From a virus, in the IMG/VR virus record IMGVR_UViG_3300013372_003978, positions 1 to 64,000 of that record: a stretch of 64,000 nt of DNA; one strand, given 5' to 3'. The position numbers were made by a program, and so were the translations under genes. The notes under the pieces are model-generated. The model was not told the DNA's origin. It did no database searches and was given only the letters and a program-made list of their open reading frames with translations. Below, in pieces: positions 42,467-52,200 of the stretch. The number at the start of each line of letters is the position of its first letter. The first letter of the stretch is position 1.

Positions 42467-43228
42467 ATGAAACTTTACAATCTATTTGAACAAGTTATAT
42501 TAGAAGAAATCATTAGAACGGTACCATTAAACGAAGCTGTATCATCTAGTGAAATTGATAGCGTAATAAAAGGTGACCCTAATGTTAAAGGTAAATTTTA
42601 TTATGTTAGTTTTGATTATGAAGATAAAGATGGTACAACTAGTAATAGATGGGTTAAAATTCATCAACAAAACTTATCAACAGCTGGAAATCAATTAATT
42701 GATGCTAAACAAATAAGTAAAAATAATCAAACAACTGAAACAGTAGTTGATAAAGAAGGGAATCAAATAACACAATCTGTTGAAGGTTGGAGGAAATTTA
42801 GATTAGATAAAATGAATAATTTTGTTGTATCTAAAGTTCCATTTCAACAACCAGAACCTGGGTTTAATCCAATTGGTAATAATTCTAAAACAGTTGCATA
42901 TACTGATACTGATGATATTGTCGATTTTAGTTTTGGTTATAAAGACCCTAAATATGCTGAAAAAGTTGCAGCCGCAACAAAAGCTAAAAATGATGAATTT
43001 ATAAAAAATAGAGAAGGAGAGAAATTAAAAAGACAACAGAATAAACCAATTAAATTAACGCCAGTACCTGTTCCAACACCTAAACAAATTGTTAGGCCAA
43101 CAAAACAAATACCAGTTGCAAAACCAATAGTTAAAACAGCAACTAGTGGAATAATAAATAAACCAGAAATTGAACCTGAAGAAATAGGTTCAGAAGAGGA
43201 AGAAGAAGAAAATTTAAATGTAAGATAA
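42467..43228 (+). CDS. WYL-like domain protein with N-terminal ILEE/LNE leader and P/K- and E-rich tail
   Basis: VSFDY.......RWV.I...(N)QLIDAKQ...GWRKFRLDKM resembles the WYL signature R.FRLDRI. Confidence 0.6.
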   Translation: MKLYNLFEQVILEEIIRTVPLNEAVSSSEIDSVIKGDPNVKGKFYYVSFDYEDKDGTTSNRWVKIHQQNLSTAGNQLIDAKQISKNNQTTETVVDKEGNQITQSVEGWRKFRLDKMNNFVVSKVPFQQPEPGFNPIGNNSKTVAYTDTDDIVDFSFGYKDPKYAEKVAAATKAKNDEFIKNREGEKLKRQQNKPIKLTPVPVPTPKQIVRPTKQIPVAKPIVKTATSGIINKPEIEPEEIGSEEEEEENLNVR

Positions 43229-43229
43229 T

Positions 43230-43826
43230 ATGAATCCAGCACCAGTAGTAATGACCCCTCAAATGATAGCTCTTTTGGCTAAGTCAAAACAGGTAATGAA
43301 TAAATCTTTAGCTGATAAACCAATAGTTTCAAAACATGCACAAGCGGTTACCGAATCCTATGATTATGACTCTACACCAATATATGCTGAAAGTGATGAA
43401 AGAGAACCAAATTACAATGAATACGCACCAACACCTGTTGCTGCAGCACCATTACAAAATTTCTCCAAAGAACATATAATGGCTTCTAAATTACCAGCTA
43501 ATATCAAAGAAGCTATGATTAAAAATCCAATAGCTAGACCAGAAATGACTGGGCTTAGCCAAGAAGCAATTGAAGCTATTAATCCAACTGCTCGTAAAGC
43601 TACACCACAACCTAGACAAATGGTTAGCGAAAATAGAGCAACAAAACCTGTGGATTCTGATTTAATAACTATTAGTAGAAGTGAACTAAAAGAAATTATG
43701 AATGAAACATTAGTAAGTTTTCTAAAAACAAATTATGAAAAAAGTCTTACTGAAGCTGCAATTACAAAAACAATTAATTTACTAATTAAAGAAGGTAAAA
43801 TAGGTGTAAAAAAGAAAACACTTTAA
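43230..43826 (+). CDS. Hypothetical protein (198 aa)
   Basis: SKLPANIKEAMIKNPI motif; followed by a terminator. Confidence 0.75.
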   Translation: MNPAPVVMTPQMIALLAKSKQVMNKSLADKPIVSKHAQAVTESYDYDSTPIYAESDEREPNYNEYAPTPVAAAPLQNFSKEHIMASKLPANIKEAMIKNPIARPEMTGLSQEAIEAINPTARKATPQPRQMVSENRATKPVDSDLITISRSELKEIMNETLVSFLKTNYEKSLTEAAITKTINLLIKEGKIGVKKKTL

Positions 43827-43832
43827 TTTAAT

Positions 43833-43863
43833 AAAAAAAAGGCCCATATGGGTCTTTTTTTAT
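43833..43863 (+). terminator. Rho-independent terminator
   Basis: AAAAAAAAGGCCC-ATAT-GGGTCTTTTTTT. Confidence 0.85.
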
Positions 43864-43884
43864 TTACAAATGTTTTTTGTTTAA

Positions 43885-43892
43885 TATATTTG
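43885..43892 (+). promoter_or_regulatory. Bacteroidota-type -7 box TATATTTG
   Basis: TAnnTTTG 18 nt upstream of the ATG at 43911. Confidence 0.65.
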
Positions 43893-43910
43893 ATTATAAA
43901 TGTTTAAAAT

Positions 43911-45146
43911 ATGAAAAACAAAAAAATTAAAATCTTAGTTGTACCATCAGACCGTACAGGTGTTAGTTACTTCCGTTCAACAAACCCACACATCGCATTA
44001 GAAAATAATTACCCTGATGAATTTCACATTGACGTGGATTATGAGCCAGATTTGAATAATGATGAATGGTTAAAACAATATGACATTATCCACTACCATA
44101 GAAGTCTTGGTGGTTTTGAACAAATGGCAATTTTAAATGAAAAACTTAAAAATTTAGGTATTGTTTCATTTATGGATTTAGATGATTATTGGGCAGTTGG
44201 TGAACATCATCCAGCTTATCATTTAGTAAAAAATCATGAACTAGATAAAAAAATATTAGAAAATATTAAGAGTGCTGAAAATGTTATTACAACAACAAAA
44301 ATATTTGCAAATGAAATTGCTAAATATAATAAAAATGTGTTTATTTTAGCTAATGCTGTTGACCCTACTGAAAAACAATTTACACCAAAATTAGAAGCTT
44401 CAGATAGACTTAGAATTGGTTGGTTAGGTGGTAGTAGTCACTTGAAAGATTTAGAAATTCTTAATGGTGTTGTAGGTCGTTTAAGAACTGATAAATTATT
44501 AGATAAAGTTCAATTTGTTTTATGTGGTTTTGATACAAGAGGGACACATACTGTTATTGATTCTGTTACTAGAGAACAAACTACTAGACCAATTACACCA
44601 AAAGAAAGTGTTTGGTTCCAATATGAAAAAATATTCACTGATAACTATCAAACAGTAAGCCCTGAATATAAAGATTACTTAATGAAATTTACACAAGATG
44701 AATATAATGACCTCGCTAATGAACCATATCGTAGAGTTTGGACAAAGCCAATTTCAACCTACGCTTCAAATTATAATTTGTTTGATGTGTCATTGGCCCC
44801 AATTGAAGAACATATCTTTAATAAAGTTAAGAGTCAATTAAAAGTAATTGAAGCTGGTTTTCATCACAAAGCTATTATCGCACAAGATTTTGGTCCATAT
44901 CAAATTGACCTTAAAAATGCAATTCAATTTGGTGGTGGTTTTGATATGTCAGCAAATAGTATATTGATTGATAGTGTTAAGAACCATAAAGATTGGTATA
45001 GTGCAATTAAAAAAGTAATTCAAAATCCTGATTTAGTTACAGCATTACAAGAAAATCTATATAATACGGTTAAAGATACCTATTCAATGGATAAAGTAAC
45101 TGAAGAAAGACGAGAACTATATTTATCATTATTAAATAAAAAATAA
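43911..45146 (+). CDS. GT-B fold glycosyltransferase (GT4-like)
   Basis: G.SYFR...P, DLDDYW, RIGWLGGSSH and DVSLAP....FNKVKSQLKVIEAG motifs. Confidence 0.85.
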   Translation: MKNKKIKILVVPSDRTGVSYFRSTNPHIALENNYPDEFHIDVDYEPDLNNDEWLKQYDIIHYHRSLGGFEQMAILNEKLKNLGIVSFMDLDDYWAVGEHHPAYHLVKNHELDKKILENIKSAENVITTTKIFANEIAKYNKNVFILANAVDPTEKQFTPKLEASDRLRIGWLGGSSHLKDLEILNGVVGRLRTDKLLDKVQFVLCGFDTRGTHTVIDSVTREQTTRPITPKESVWFQYEKIFTDNYQTVSPEYKDYLMKFTQDEYNDLANEPYRRVWTKPISTYASNYNLFDVSLAPIEEHIFNKVKSQLKVIEAGFHHKAIIAQDFGPYQIDLKNAIQFGGGFDMSANSILIDSVKNHKDWYSAIKKVIQNPDLVTALQENLYNTVKDTYSMDKVTEERRELYLSLLNKK

Positions 45147-45163
45147 AATTTATGGTTAAATTG

Positions 45164-45194
45164 TTGTTTAATTAAATATAAATTCATATATTTG
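45164..45194 (+). promoter_or_regulatory. Bacteroidota-type promoter (TTG-N20-TATATTTG)
   Basis: TTG 45164-66 and TATATTTG 45187-94. Confidence 0.7.
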
Positions 45195-45227
45195 CTGAAA
45201 TAACAATTTAATTATAATTTATATAAA

Positions 45228-45791
45228 ATGTCTTTAGAAAAAGAAAAAATCTTAGCAAATGCAAAAAAATATTTTGACACTGCTAAAAAAATTGGTTTTA
45301 CTAATCAAGAATTCACAGATTTCTTAGGTCAAAACTTTATTGCTGCACCTGCATCAACAATGGAAAGTTTACATAATGCTTTTGAAGGTGGTTTAATTGA
45401 CCATTTATTAAGAGTTGCATCGTATGCTGTTAAATTTAACAATGCTTTACCAGAATCAGAACAAGTAAATCAAAATTCTTTATTGAAAGTTTGTTTACTT
45501 CATCAAGTAGGTAAAGCAAATCTTTACAAACCATGTACATCAGAATGGCATCGTAAGAATCAAGGTAAGATGTATGAATTTAATGAAGATTTGGTATCTA
45601 TGCGTGTAACTGAGCGTAGTGTTTATTATGCGTTATCTCATGGTGTCAGTTTTACTGAAGAAGAATACTCTGCAATTCTTATGTTTGATAAAACAGATGA
45701 TAAAATGGCTGAATATCATAATTCAACGTTAGGTGACCTATTAAAAATGGCTAATTTATTCGCAATAAAACACGAAAAAAATAATAAGTAA
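45228..45791 (+). CDS. HD-domain (YhaM-like) phosphohydrolase with HD changed to HQ
   Basis: APAS...HNAFEGGLIDH.L.V and LLHQVGK (normally LLHDIGK). Confidence 0.75.
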   Translation: MSLEKEKILANAKKYFDTAKKIGFTNQEFTDFLGQNFIAAPASTMESLHNAFEGGLIDHLLRVASYAVKFNNALPESEQVNQNSLLKVCLLHQVGKANLYKPCTSEWHRKNQGKMYEFNEDLVSMRVTERSVYYALSHGVSFTEEEYSAILMFDKTDDKMAEYHNSTLGDLLKMANLFAIKHEKNNK

Positions 45792-46369
45792 TGGGTTATG
45801 ATATTAATGAGATGAGAAGAAAACTATTAGACGCTTTTGATTCTAATAGTAATTATACCTTAGAAAATTTTAATAAAGAATTTGATGGTAATATGTCAAT
45901 GTCTAATAATGACGATTTTAAAATTTCTTTATCTTTTAAAAACGAATCAACAAATCCTGACCCAGAATATGCAACAGTTGGGTCATCTGGTTTTGATTTG
46001 AGAGCTAATCTAGAAACATCAATTTCATTACCACGTGGACAAACTGCAATAATACCTACTGGATTATTTTTTGAAATTCCAGATAATTTTGAAATTCAAG
46101 TTAGACCTCGTAGCGGATTAGCAGCTAAAAATGGTGTTACTGTGTTAAACACACCTGGAACTATAGATGCTGATTATCGTGGTGAAATTAAAATTATACT
46201 AATAAATTTAGGTAATGATACTTTTGAAATTAATCATGGTGATAGAATTGCTCAAGGTATAATGGCAGCAGTTACAGCTAAAAATTATGTAAATCTAATT
46301 AAAGTTAATAATATTTCAGAAAATACTGAACGAGGTACTGGTGGATTCGGTAGTACTGGGACTAAATAA
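45791..46369 (+). CDS. dut: Trimeric dUTPase
   Basis: SGFDL, RPRSGLA, GTIDADYRGE, GDRIAQ and RGTGGFGSTG (motifs I-V). Confidence 0.96.
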   Translation: MGYDINEMRRKLLDAFDSNSNYTLENFNKEFDGNMSMSNNDDFKISLSFKNESTNPDPEYATVGSSGFDLRANLETSISLPRGQTAIIPTGLFFEIPDNFEIQVRPRSGLAAKNGVTVLNTPGTIDADYRGEIKIILINLGNDTFEINHGDRIAQGIMAAVTAKNYVNLIKVNNISENTERGTGGFGSTGTK

Positions 46370-46376
46370 AATAAAA

Positions 46377-47372
46377 ATGAAAACAAAAAACAAATTTGAT
46401 TTTAACGATGTTTTAATACAACCTGCTAAAGTATCGTCTATTAGTAGTAGAAAAGATATAAACCCATTTTACGATGGGTTTTTACCATTAATAACAGCAC
46501 CTATGGATACCGTTGTTAATGAAAAAAATAATCCATTGTTTACATTATTAAACATAAGAACATGTTTACCTAGAGGTGAAGAAAATCAATATGGTTTCAC
46601 ATCATACTCTTTAGTTGAAATAGAAACTAATTTTCTTATGTTAGACCCTAAAGGTATGTATCTAATTGATATTGCAAATGGTCATATGGAAAAATTGGTA
46701 ATTGTAATAAAAAGAATTAAAAGAAAATACCCAAAACTTATATTAATGGTTGGTAATATTGCTAATCCTCAAACTTATATTGTTTTATCTAAGGCAGGTG
46801 CTGATTATGTTAGAATTGGTATTGGCAATGGTGGTGGTTGTAGTACAACGGTTCATACTGGTGTAGGTTACCCAATGGGTTCTCTTGTATCTGAATGTTA
46901 TTTTGAATCGTGTAAACTTAAAAAACCAGCTAAGATTGTTGCTGATGGTGGTATGCAAAATTATGGTGATATAATTAAAGCTTTAGCATTAGGTGCTGAT
47001 TATGTTATGGTAGGTAGTCTTTTTAATAAAGCAATTGAATCCTGTGGTGATAATTACCTTTGGAAAAAAGTAAAAGTATGTCAAGGAATTGCTGAATGGG
47101 CATATAAAAATAAAATACCTGTCTATAAAAAATTTAGAGGTATGAGTACTAAAGAAGTTCAAAAAAAATGGGGTAAAGAAGAACTAACAACTTCAGAAGG
47201 TGTTGTTAGATTCAGACGAGTAGAATACACACTTCAACAATGGGTTGAAAATTTTGAATCTTATTTACGTTCAGCAATGAGTTATTCAAATGCTAAAACT
47301 CTAGAAGAATTTATCGGAATTGCCGATACAATACAAATAACAAATAACGCTTATAAAAGATTTAATAAATAA
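46377..47372 (+). CDS. IMP dehydrogenase/GMP reductase family protein without CBS domains
   Basis: FDFNDVLI.P, TAPMDTV, IDIANGH, GIGNGGGCSTT (catalytic Cys), ADGG, GADYVMVG, FRGMS, EG and LRSAMSY. Start at ATG 46377. Confidence 0.9.
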   Translation: MKTKNKFDFNDVLIQPAKVSSISSRKDINPFYDGFLPLITAPMDTVVNEKNNPLFTLLNIRTCLPRGEENQYGFTSYSLVEIETNFLMLDPKGMYLIDIANGHMEKLVIVIKRIKRKYPKLILMVGNIANPQTYIVLSKAGADYVRIGIGNGGGCSTTVHTGVGYPMGSLVSECYFESCKLKKPAKIVADGGMQNYGDIIKALALGADYVMVGSLFNKAIESCGDNYLWKKVKVCQGIAEWAYKNKIPVYKKFRGMSTKEVQKKWGKEELTTSEGVVRFRRVEYTLQQWVENFESYLRSAMSYSNAKTLEEFIGIADTIQITNNAYKRFNK

Positions 47373-49021
47373 TGTTAACAGTAATATATTGCACAAGAGA
47401 AACTAAACCAGAACATAAAGAACACTTAATTAAGTCATCTGGTCTTCATAAACACATCGAGGTTATCGAAATAATCAATAATGGTGAATCACTAACCAAA
47501 GCGTATAATCGTGGCTTAAAACAAGCAGAATACAAACATGTAGTTTTTTGTCATGATGATATTACAATTGAAACAAAACAATGGGGTGTTAAATTGCTTA
47601 AACAATTTGAGAAAAATCCTGAATACGCTATCATTGGTGTTGCTGGTAGTAAAAATATGCCAGTATCTGGTCAATGGTGGGAAAAACGTAATAAAATGTA
47701 TGGTCGTGTTCAACATACACATGAAGGTAAAACATGGTTATCAGCTTATAGTGATGATTTAGGTCAAGAACTAGAAGAAGTTATTAATGTTGATGGTGTT
47801 TTCTTTGCTGCCGATATAACTAAATTGGAAAAGAATTTTAATGAAAGTGTTGAAGGATTCCATTTCTATGATGTTACGTTTTGTTTTGAAAACTATTTAG
47901 CTGGGGCTAAGGTAGGTGTTACAACTGCTGTTAGAGTTAATCACCAATCAATTGGTATGACCAATGAGCAATGGGAAAGTAATAGAGAGATTTTTGCCGA
48001 AACATTTAAAGATAATTTACCAGTAGATATTAAAAGAGTATTACGTAAGGGTGAAAAATTAAAAGTTCTTATTGGTTGTTTAAGTTTTACTGATTATACT
48101 GGTTCAGAACTTTATACTTTTGAATTAGCAAAACAATTAATTAAAGAAGGTTGTGATGTTAGCATTTCTTCTACTATTGGTATGCCATTGAGTGGTTTGG
48201 CTAACAAATTAGGTATTAAATTGTTTTCTTTACAAGAACCACCTGGTTATAAATTAGGTGATGGTAAATGGTTATTAAAAACACAACAAGGTGATATTCC
48301 TAGCGTAGCAAATACTTTATATAAAGTAAGTGATGTACAGTTTGATGTTATTCATTTAAACCATAAACCAGTTACTGAACATATATTACGTTTATATCCA
48401 GAAACACCAGTAATTTGTTCAATACATTCAGAAGTTATTTCTTTGGAAGAACCTGTAGTTTCTGACCAAATTAAGAAATATATCGCAATTAGACCTGAAA
48501 TTAAAGAATATATTGTTGATAGATTTAATATTGATGCTGAAAAGGTTGATGTTATATTCAATCCAATAGATACTGATAAATTTAAAGAAATTAATTCAAC
48601 AGAAAAAAGAAATAAAAAACGTATATTATTTGTTGGAACTATTGATTATTTAAGAAAAGCAATGATTCAAGATTTAATCAATACAACAAAAGAGAATGAC
48701 CAAGAGTTATGGATAGTTGGTAAAAAGAATGATACATATTTAGATGAAATTATTCAAAATGAATCACATGTTAGTTATTTTGAACCAACACTTAATATTG
48801 AAAAATTCATTCACCAATGTGATGAAACAGCTGGTATTCTTTTAGGTAGAACAACTGTTGAAGGTTGGTTATGTGGTAAAAATGGTTGGATTTACGATGT
48901 GGATTCAAGCGGTAATATCAAATCAAAAGCTTTACACGAAATTCCTAGTGATATTGATAAATTCAAAAGTGGTAATGTTGTTAAACAAATAATAGAAGAA
49001 TATAAACAAATTCTAGAATAA
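47372..49021 (+). CDS. Bifunctional glycosyltransferase (GT-A N-domain plus GT-B C-domain)
   Basis: AYNRGL..A....VFCHDD, VDGVF and FHFYD, followed by TGSELY, N.ID..KF, ILFVGT and GRT..EG. Confidence 0.85.
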   Translation: MLTVIYCTRETKPEHKEHLIKSSGLHKHIEVIEIINNGESLTKAYNRGLKQAEYKHVVFCHDDITIETKQWGVKLLKQFEKNPEYAIIGVAGSKNMPVSGQWWEKRNKMYGRVQHTHEGKTWLSAYSDDLGQELEEVINVDGVFFAADITKLEKNFNESVEGFHFYDVTFCFENYLAGAKVGVTTAVRVNHQSIGMTNEQWESNREIFAETFKDNLPVDIKRVLRKGEKLKVLIGCLSFTDYTGSELYTFELAKQLIKEGCDVSISSTIGMPLSGLANKLGIKLFSLQEPPGYKLGDGKWLLKTQQGDIPSVANTLYKVSDVQFDVIHLNHKPVTEHILRLYPETPVICSIHSEVISLEEPVVSDQIKKYIAIRPEIKEYIVDRFNIDAEKVDVIFNPIDTDKFKEINSTEKRNKKRILFVGTIDYLRKAMIQDLINTTKENDQELWIVGKKNDTYLDEIIQNESHVSYFEPTLNIEKFIHQCDETAGILLGRTTVEGWLCGKNGWIYDVDSSGNIKSKALHEIPSDIDKFKSGNVVKQIIEEYKQILE

Positions 49022-49974
49022 TGAAAAAAATTAAAGATTGGTTACTTAAAAAAAGTGGGTCAGTTATGTTGTCGTTAACCAACGTTGAAAAGAACGCTTT
49101 GGGTCAATCAGGTGAATTTATGTCCAGTGATATTCAACATACACAAAAATATACCCAAGGTCAAGTAGCCGATTCTTTAATAAATGGGGAAATTACTAAT
49201 GAGGTAATGGACTTAAGATGGAGAATGTATAAAATTTTACAAGAAACTGATAGTTTAACAACTCAAATTATTGGTTATGAACCAGATGGTACCCCAATCA
49301 CTAAAACTAGTAAAAAAGATGTTAAAAAAAGTCTTAAAAAAGTAAAAGTTGATTCATTTGATGATTATAAATTAGAATTTGTTGTTACTAACGATGAGAT
49401 TATCACATCTGGCAATGATATGATGAATAATCAATATATTGAAATGTTAGATAAACCAACAATAAATTTAGATGATGAAGGAAATATTGTTAGTGCAACA
49501 CATGGTGAGATTAGTGGTGACGAATACTATTTTACTAATAAAACTGAAAAATCAATAGTAATTAATAGTGAATTTACTCGTAGATTCTTTTTGGAAAATT
49601 TTACTAAAAAATTAAATATTAGACATATATCTGATAATGAAAAATTACTTGAATTTTATGTTAGTATTTATCCAGATGTTAATAATAGAACTAGCAGGCT
49701 TTTCCTAAGTGAATTAAATAAAATTATCAATGAAGGTAAAAAATCAGACATTACAAATATTGATGAAGTAGAATTTATAACTTATAAAGCTATTGGTGTT
49801 GACGATTTTTTAGAATATAAATATAAAATAACATCTTTTGATAAAATAATAGCTTTTAATGGTTCTTACGTAATTAAATTCTTATCTAAGGTAGTAATTA
49901 ATGGTAAAAACATAACTAGTAAATATATTCAAAATGAATTAGAAGAAAAATATAAAAACAAAGAAAAAAAATGA
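49021..49974 (+). CDS. Hypothetical protein (317 aa)
   Basis: Translationally coupled ORF with no recognised motif. Confidence 0.8.
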   Translation: MKKIKDWLLKKSGSVMLSLTNVEKNALGQSGEFMSSDIQHTQKYTQGQVADSLINGEITNEVMDLRWRMYKILQETDSLTTQIIGYEPDGTPITKTSKKDVKKSLKKVKVDSFDDYKLEFVVTNDEIITSGNDMMNNQYIEMLDKPTINLDDEGNIVSATHGEISGDEYYFTNKTEKSIVINSEFTRRFFLENFTKKLNIRHISDNEKLLEFYVSIYPDVNNRTSRLFLSELNKIINEGKKSDITNIDEVEFITYKAIGVDDFLEYKYKITSFDKIIAFNGSYVIKFLSKVVINGKNITSKYIQNELEEKYKNKEKK

Positions 49975-50630
49975 GATTATTAATAAAATTCCCAACCAGA
50001 AACAGACCTAACAAATTTTTAAAAGTTTTGGATGGTTATGTTAAAAATTTAGATGATAAGACAACTAAAATAATTGTTTCGTGTGATTTAGATGATATTA
50101 CAATGACCGAAGAACATATAAAAGATGTTATTGAACAATACGATAACGTAACTTTGGTCTATGGTGAAAATAAAAATAAAATTGAAGCGATAAACGCAGA
50201 TTTAGAAAATGTAGAATTTGATATTGTATTATTAGCTTCTGATGATATGATTCCTATAGTTAAAGGGTTTGACACTATTATCAAAAATAAAATGTTGGAA
50301 AACTATCCAGACACTGATGGAATTTTATGGTTTAATGACGGATATCAAGGTAACAAACTTAATACATTATGTATTTTGGGTAAAAAATACTATGATAGAT
50401 TTGGTTATATCTATAATCCAGAGTATGTTTCAGTTTGGTCAGATAATGAATTTATGGATGTAGGGAATATATTGGAGAAGCAAATATATTTTGATGAAGT
50501 AATTATTCAACATCAACACCCAGATTGGGGTTTTGGTGTTAGAGATTTTACACATACTGTTAATTCTATTAATGAAGCAAAAGATAGAGAAACATATAAC
50601 AGAAGAAAGGAAAATAATTTTTATCTATGA
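49971..50630 (+). CDS. GT-A fold glycosyltransferase
   Basis: IKFPTRNRP, D.DD, K..AIN, LASDDM (DxD-like) and Y.S.WSDNE motifs. Confidence 0.8.
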   Translation: MRLLIKFPTRNRPNKFLKVLDGYVKNLDDKTTKIIVSCDLDDITMTEEHIKDVIEQYDNVTLVYGENKNKIEAINADLENVEFDIVLLASDDMIPIVKGFDTIIKNKMLENYPDTDGILWFNDGYQGNKLNTLCILGKKYYDRFGYIYNPEYVSVWSDNEFMDVGNILEKQIYFDEVIIQHQHPDWGFGVRDFTHTVNSINEAKDRETYNRRKENNFYL

Positions 50631-51457
50631 AAACTGCCTTTAATACAATGTTTAAGAATGAAGAAGCAATACTTCCAGAAATCTTAAAGATATGGAAAAC
50701 ATACCCAATCGATTTGTTCATATTTTACGATGATAATTCAACAGATAATTCAGTTGAAATTATTAAAAAATATTTACCCAGTGAAAAAACCATAATAGTA
50801 AATGATAAACTACCAGCGTTTAATGAATCATATCAAAGACAAAAAATGATTGATGTGGCATTAGAAAATAATGTTGATATTGTATTTGCAATTGATTGTG
50901 ATGAATTATTAACATCTAGTATAGTTAATAATTTTGATGAGTTTTTAAAAAAATATGAAACTACGGATATGTGGTTATTTTGGTATAATTGTGTTAACGA
51001 TACTCTTGTGCAATATAGAAATGACCCACAATACACTAATAACTATAGAAGTTTTATTTTACCTTTAAAACACACTGGTAGATTAAATGTTAATGATTAT
51101 AAATACCATACACCTAGAACACCACATGTAAATTTACCAAGAAGAGAATTTACTAGAGATTATGGTGTTATTCATTTACAAGCCGTCAATACACGTTTTT
51201 ATGTTATAAAACAATTATGGTATAAACATTATGAATTTGTCACATACGGTCATAGTGTTGATTTTATAAATAGTCGATATGATTCTGTTGTTAATAATTT
51301 AAATTTTAGTGAAAGACATATGACAAATAAATTAATTGGCGGTATTGATTTTGATATTTCGGTATTTAATAATACAGCAAAGGAAAAGGAATACTTAAAA
51401 TTCATTCATGACAATTATAATGAAGAATTAATAACATTTGGTAAAGAATATTTATAA
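50627..51457 (+). CDS. GT2-family glycosyltransferase
   Basis: KNEE..L, DDNSTDNS and IDCDE motifs. Confidence 0.85.
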   Translation: MKTAFNTMFKNEEAILPEILKIWKTYPIDLFIFYDDNSTDNSVEIIKKYLPSEKTIIVNDKLPAFNESYQRQKMIDVALENNVDIVFAIDCDELLTSSIVNNFDEFLKKYETTDMWLFWYNCVNDTLVQYRNDPQYTNNYRSFILPLKHTGRLNVNDYKYHTPRTPHVNLPRREFTRDYGVIHLQAVNTRFYVIKQLWYKHYEFVTYGHSVDFINSRYDSVVNNLNFSERHMTNKLIGGIDFDISVFNNTAKEKEYLKFIHDNYNEELITFGKEYL

Positions 51458-52200
51458 TGGAAAATTTTACAATTGCAATAACAACATTTGCTAAAAGATA
51501 TAATTACATTGTTAATTTAATACCACAAATTAGAAATTACAGTGATAATAAAATCCTATTGATTATCAACGGTGAAAAGGATGGTGATTTTGATGAAGAA
51601 TATAGAAAAAACATTCTAGAACTATGTGCTAAGTACAATAATGTATATCCAATTATGTTTGTTGAAACTAGAGGTTTATGTAAAATGTGGAACACTGGTT
51701 TAATTATGTCAGATAAAGAAGATGTTTTAATACTTAATGATGATATTGAAATCCTTTCTGGTGATATTGTTAAGTATGTATCTTCACATATTAAATCGCC
51801 AGAATATAAAGGATTAACTAAAATTAACGGTTCTTTTTCTCATTTTGTGACTAATAAAGTTATCATGGATAAACTTGGTTATTTTGATGAACGATTATTA
51901 GGTTTTGGTGAAGAAGATGGTGATATTTCTTATAGATTTATTAAAGCAGGTATTAATATAAATAACATTTATATTAATGGTATCATTAATATAGTTTCTA
52001 ATATAAGACATGAACACATAACAGCTGGTATTGGTAAATACTCTAATTTTAATCGTCAATTTATTTATGGTGAAAAATATTCAGTGGATATGTCTAGCCC
52101 TTATAAAGGTATGTTTGATACACCAATGAATCAAAACTTAGAAGACATCAATCAATACCCACATGAAAATTTTTTTAGAGAAAATAAAGATAAATTGTAA
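51457..52200 (+). CDS. GT2-family glycosyltransferase
   Basis: WNTG, ILNDD and GYFDER..GFGEEDGD motifs. Confidence 0.85.
   Translation: MENFTIAITTFAKRYNYIVNLIPQIRNYSDNKILLIINGEKDGDFDEEYRKNILELCAKYNNVYPIMFVETRGLCKMWNTGLIMSDKEDVLILNDDIEILSGDIVKYVSSHIKSPEYKGLTKINGSFSHFVTNKVIMDKLGYFDERLLGFGEEDGDISYRFIKAGININNIYINGIINIVSNIRHEHITAGIGKYSNFNRQFIYGEKYSVDMSSPYKGMFDTPMNQNLEDINQYPHENFFRENKDKL

Noticed and set aside
45228-47372. Z-genome (PurZ/DatZ/MazZ) or 7-deazaguanine DNA-modification cluster
   Set aside because: No PurZ/PurA, Que/FolE or DpdA homolog is recognisable, and the dUTPase is a canonical trimeric type.
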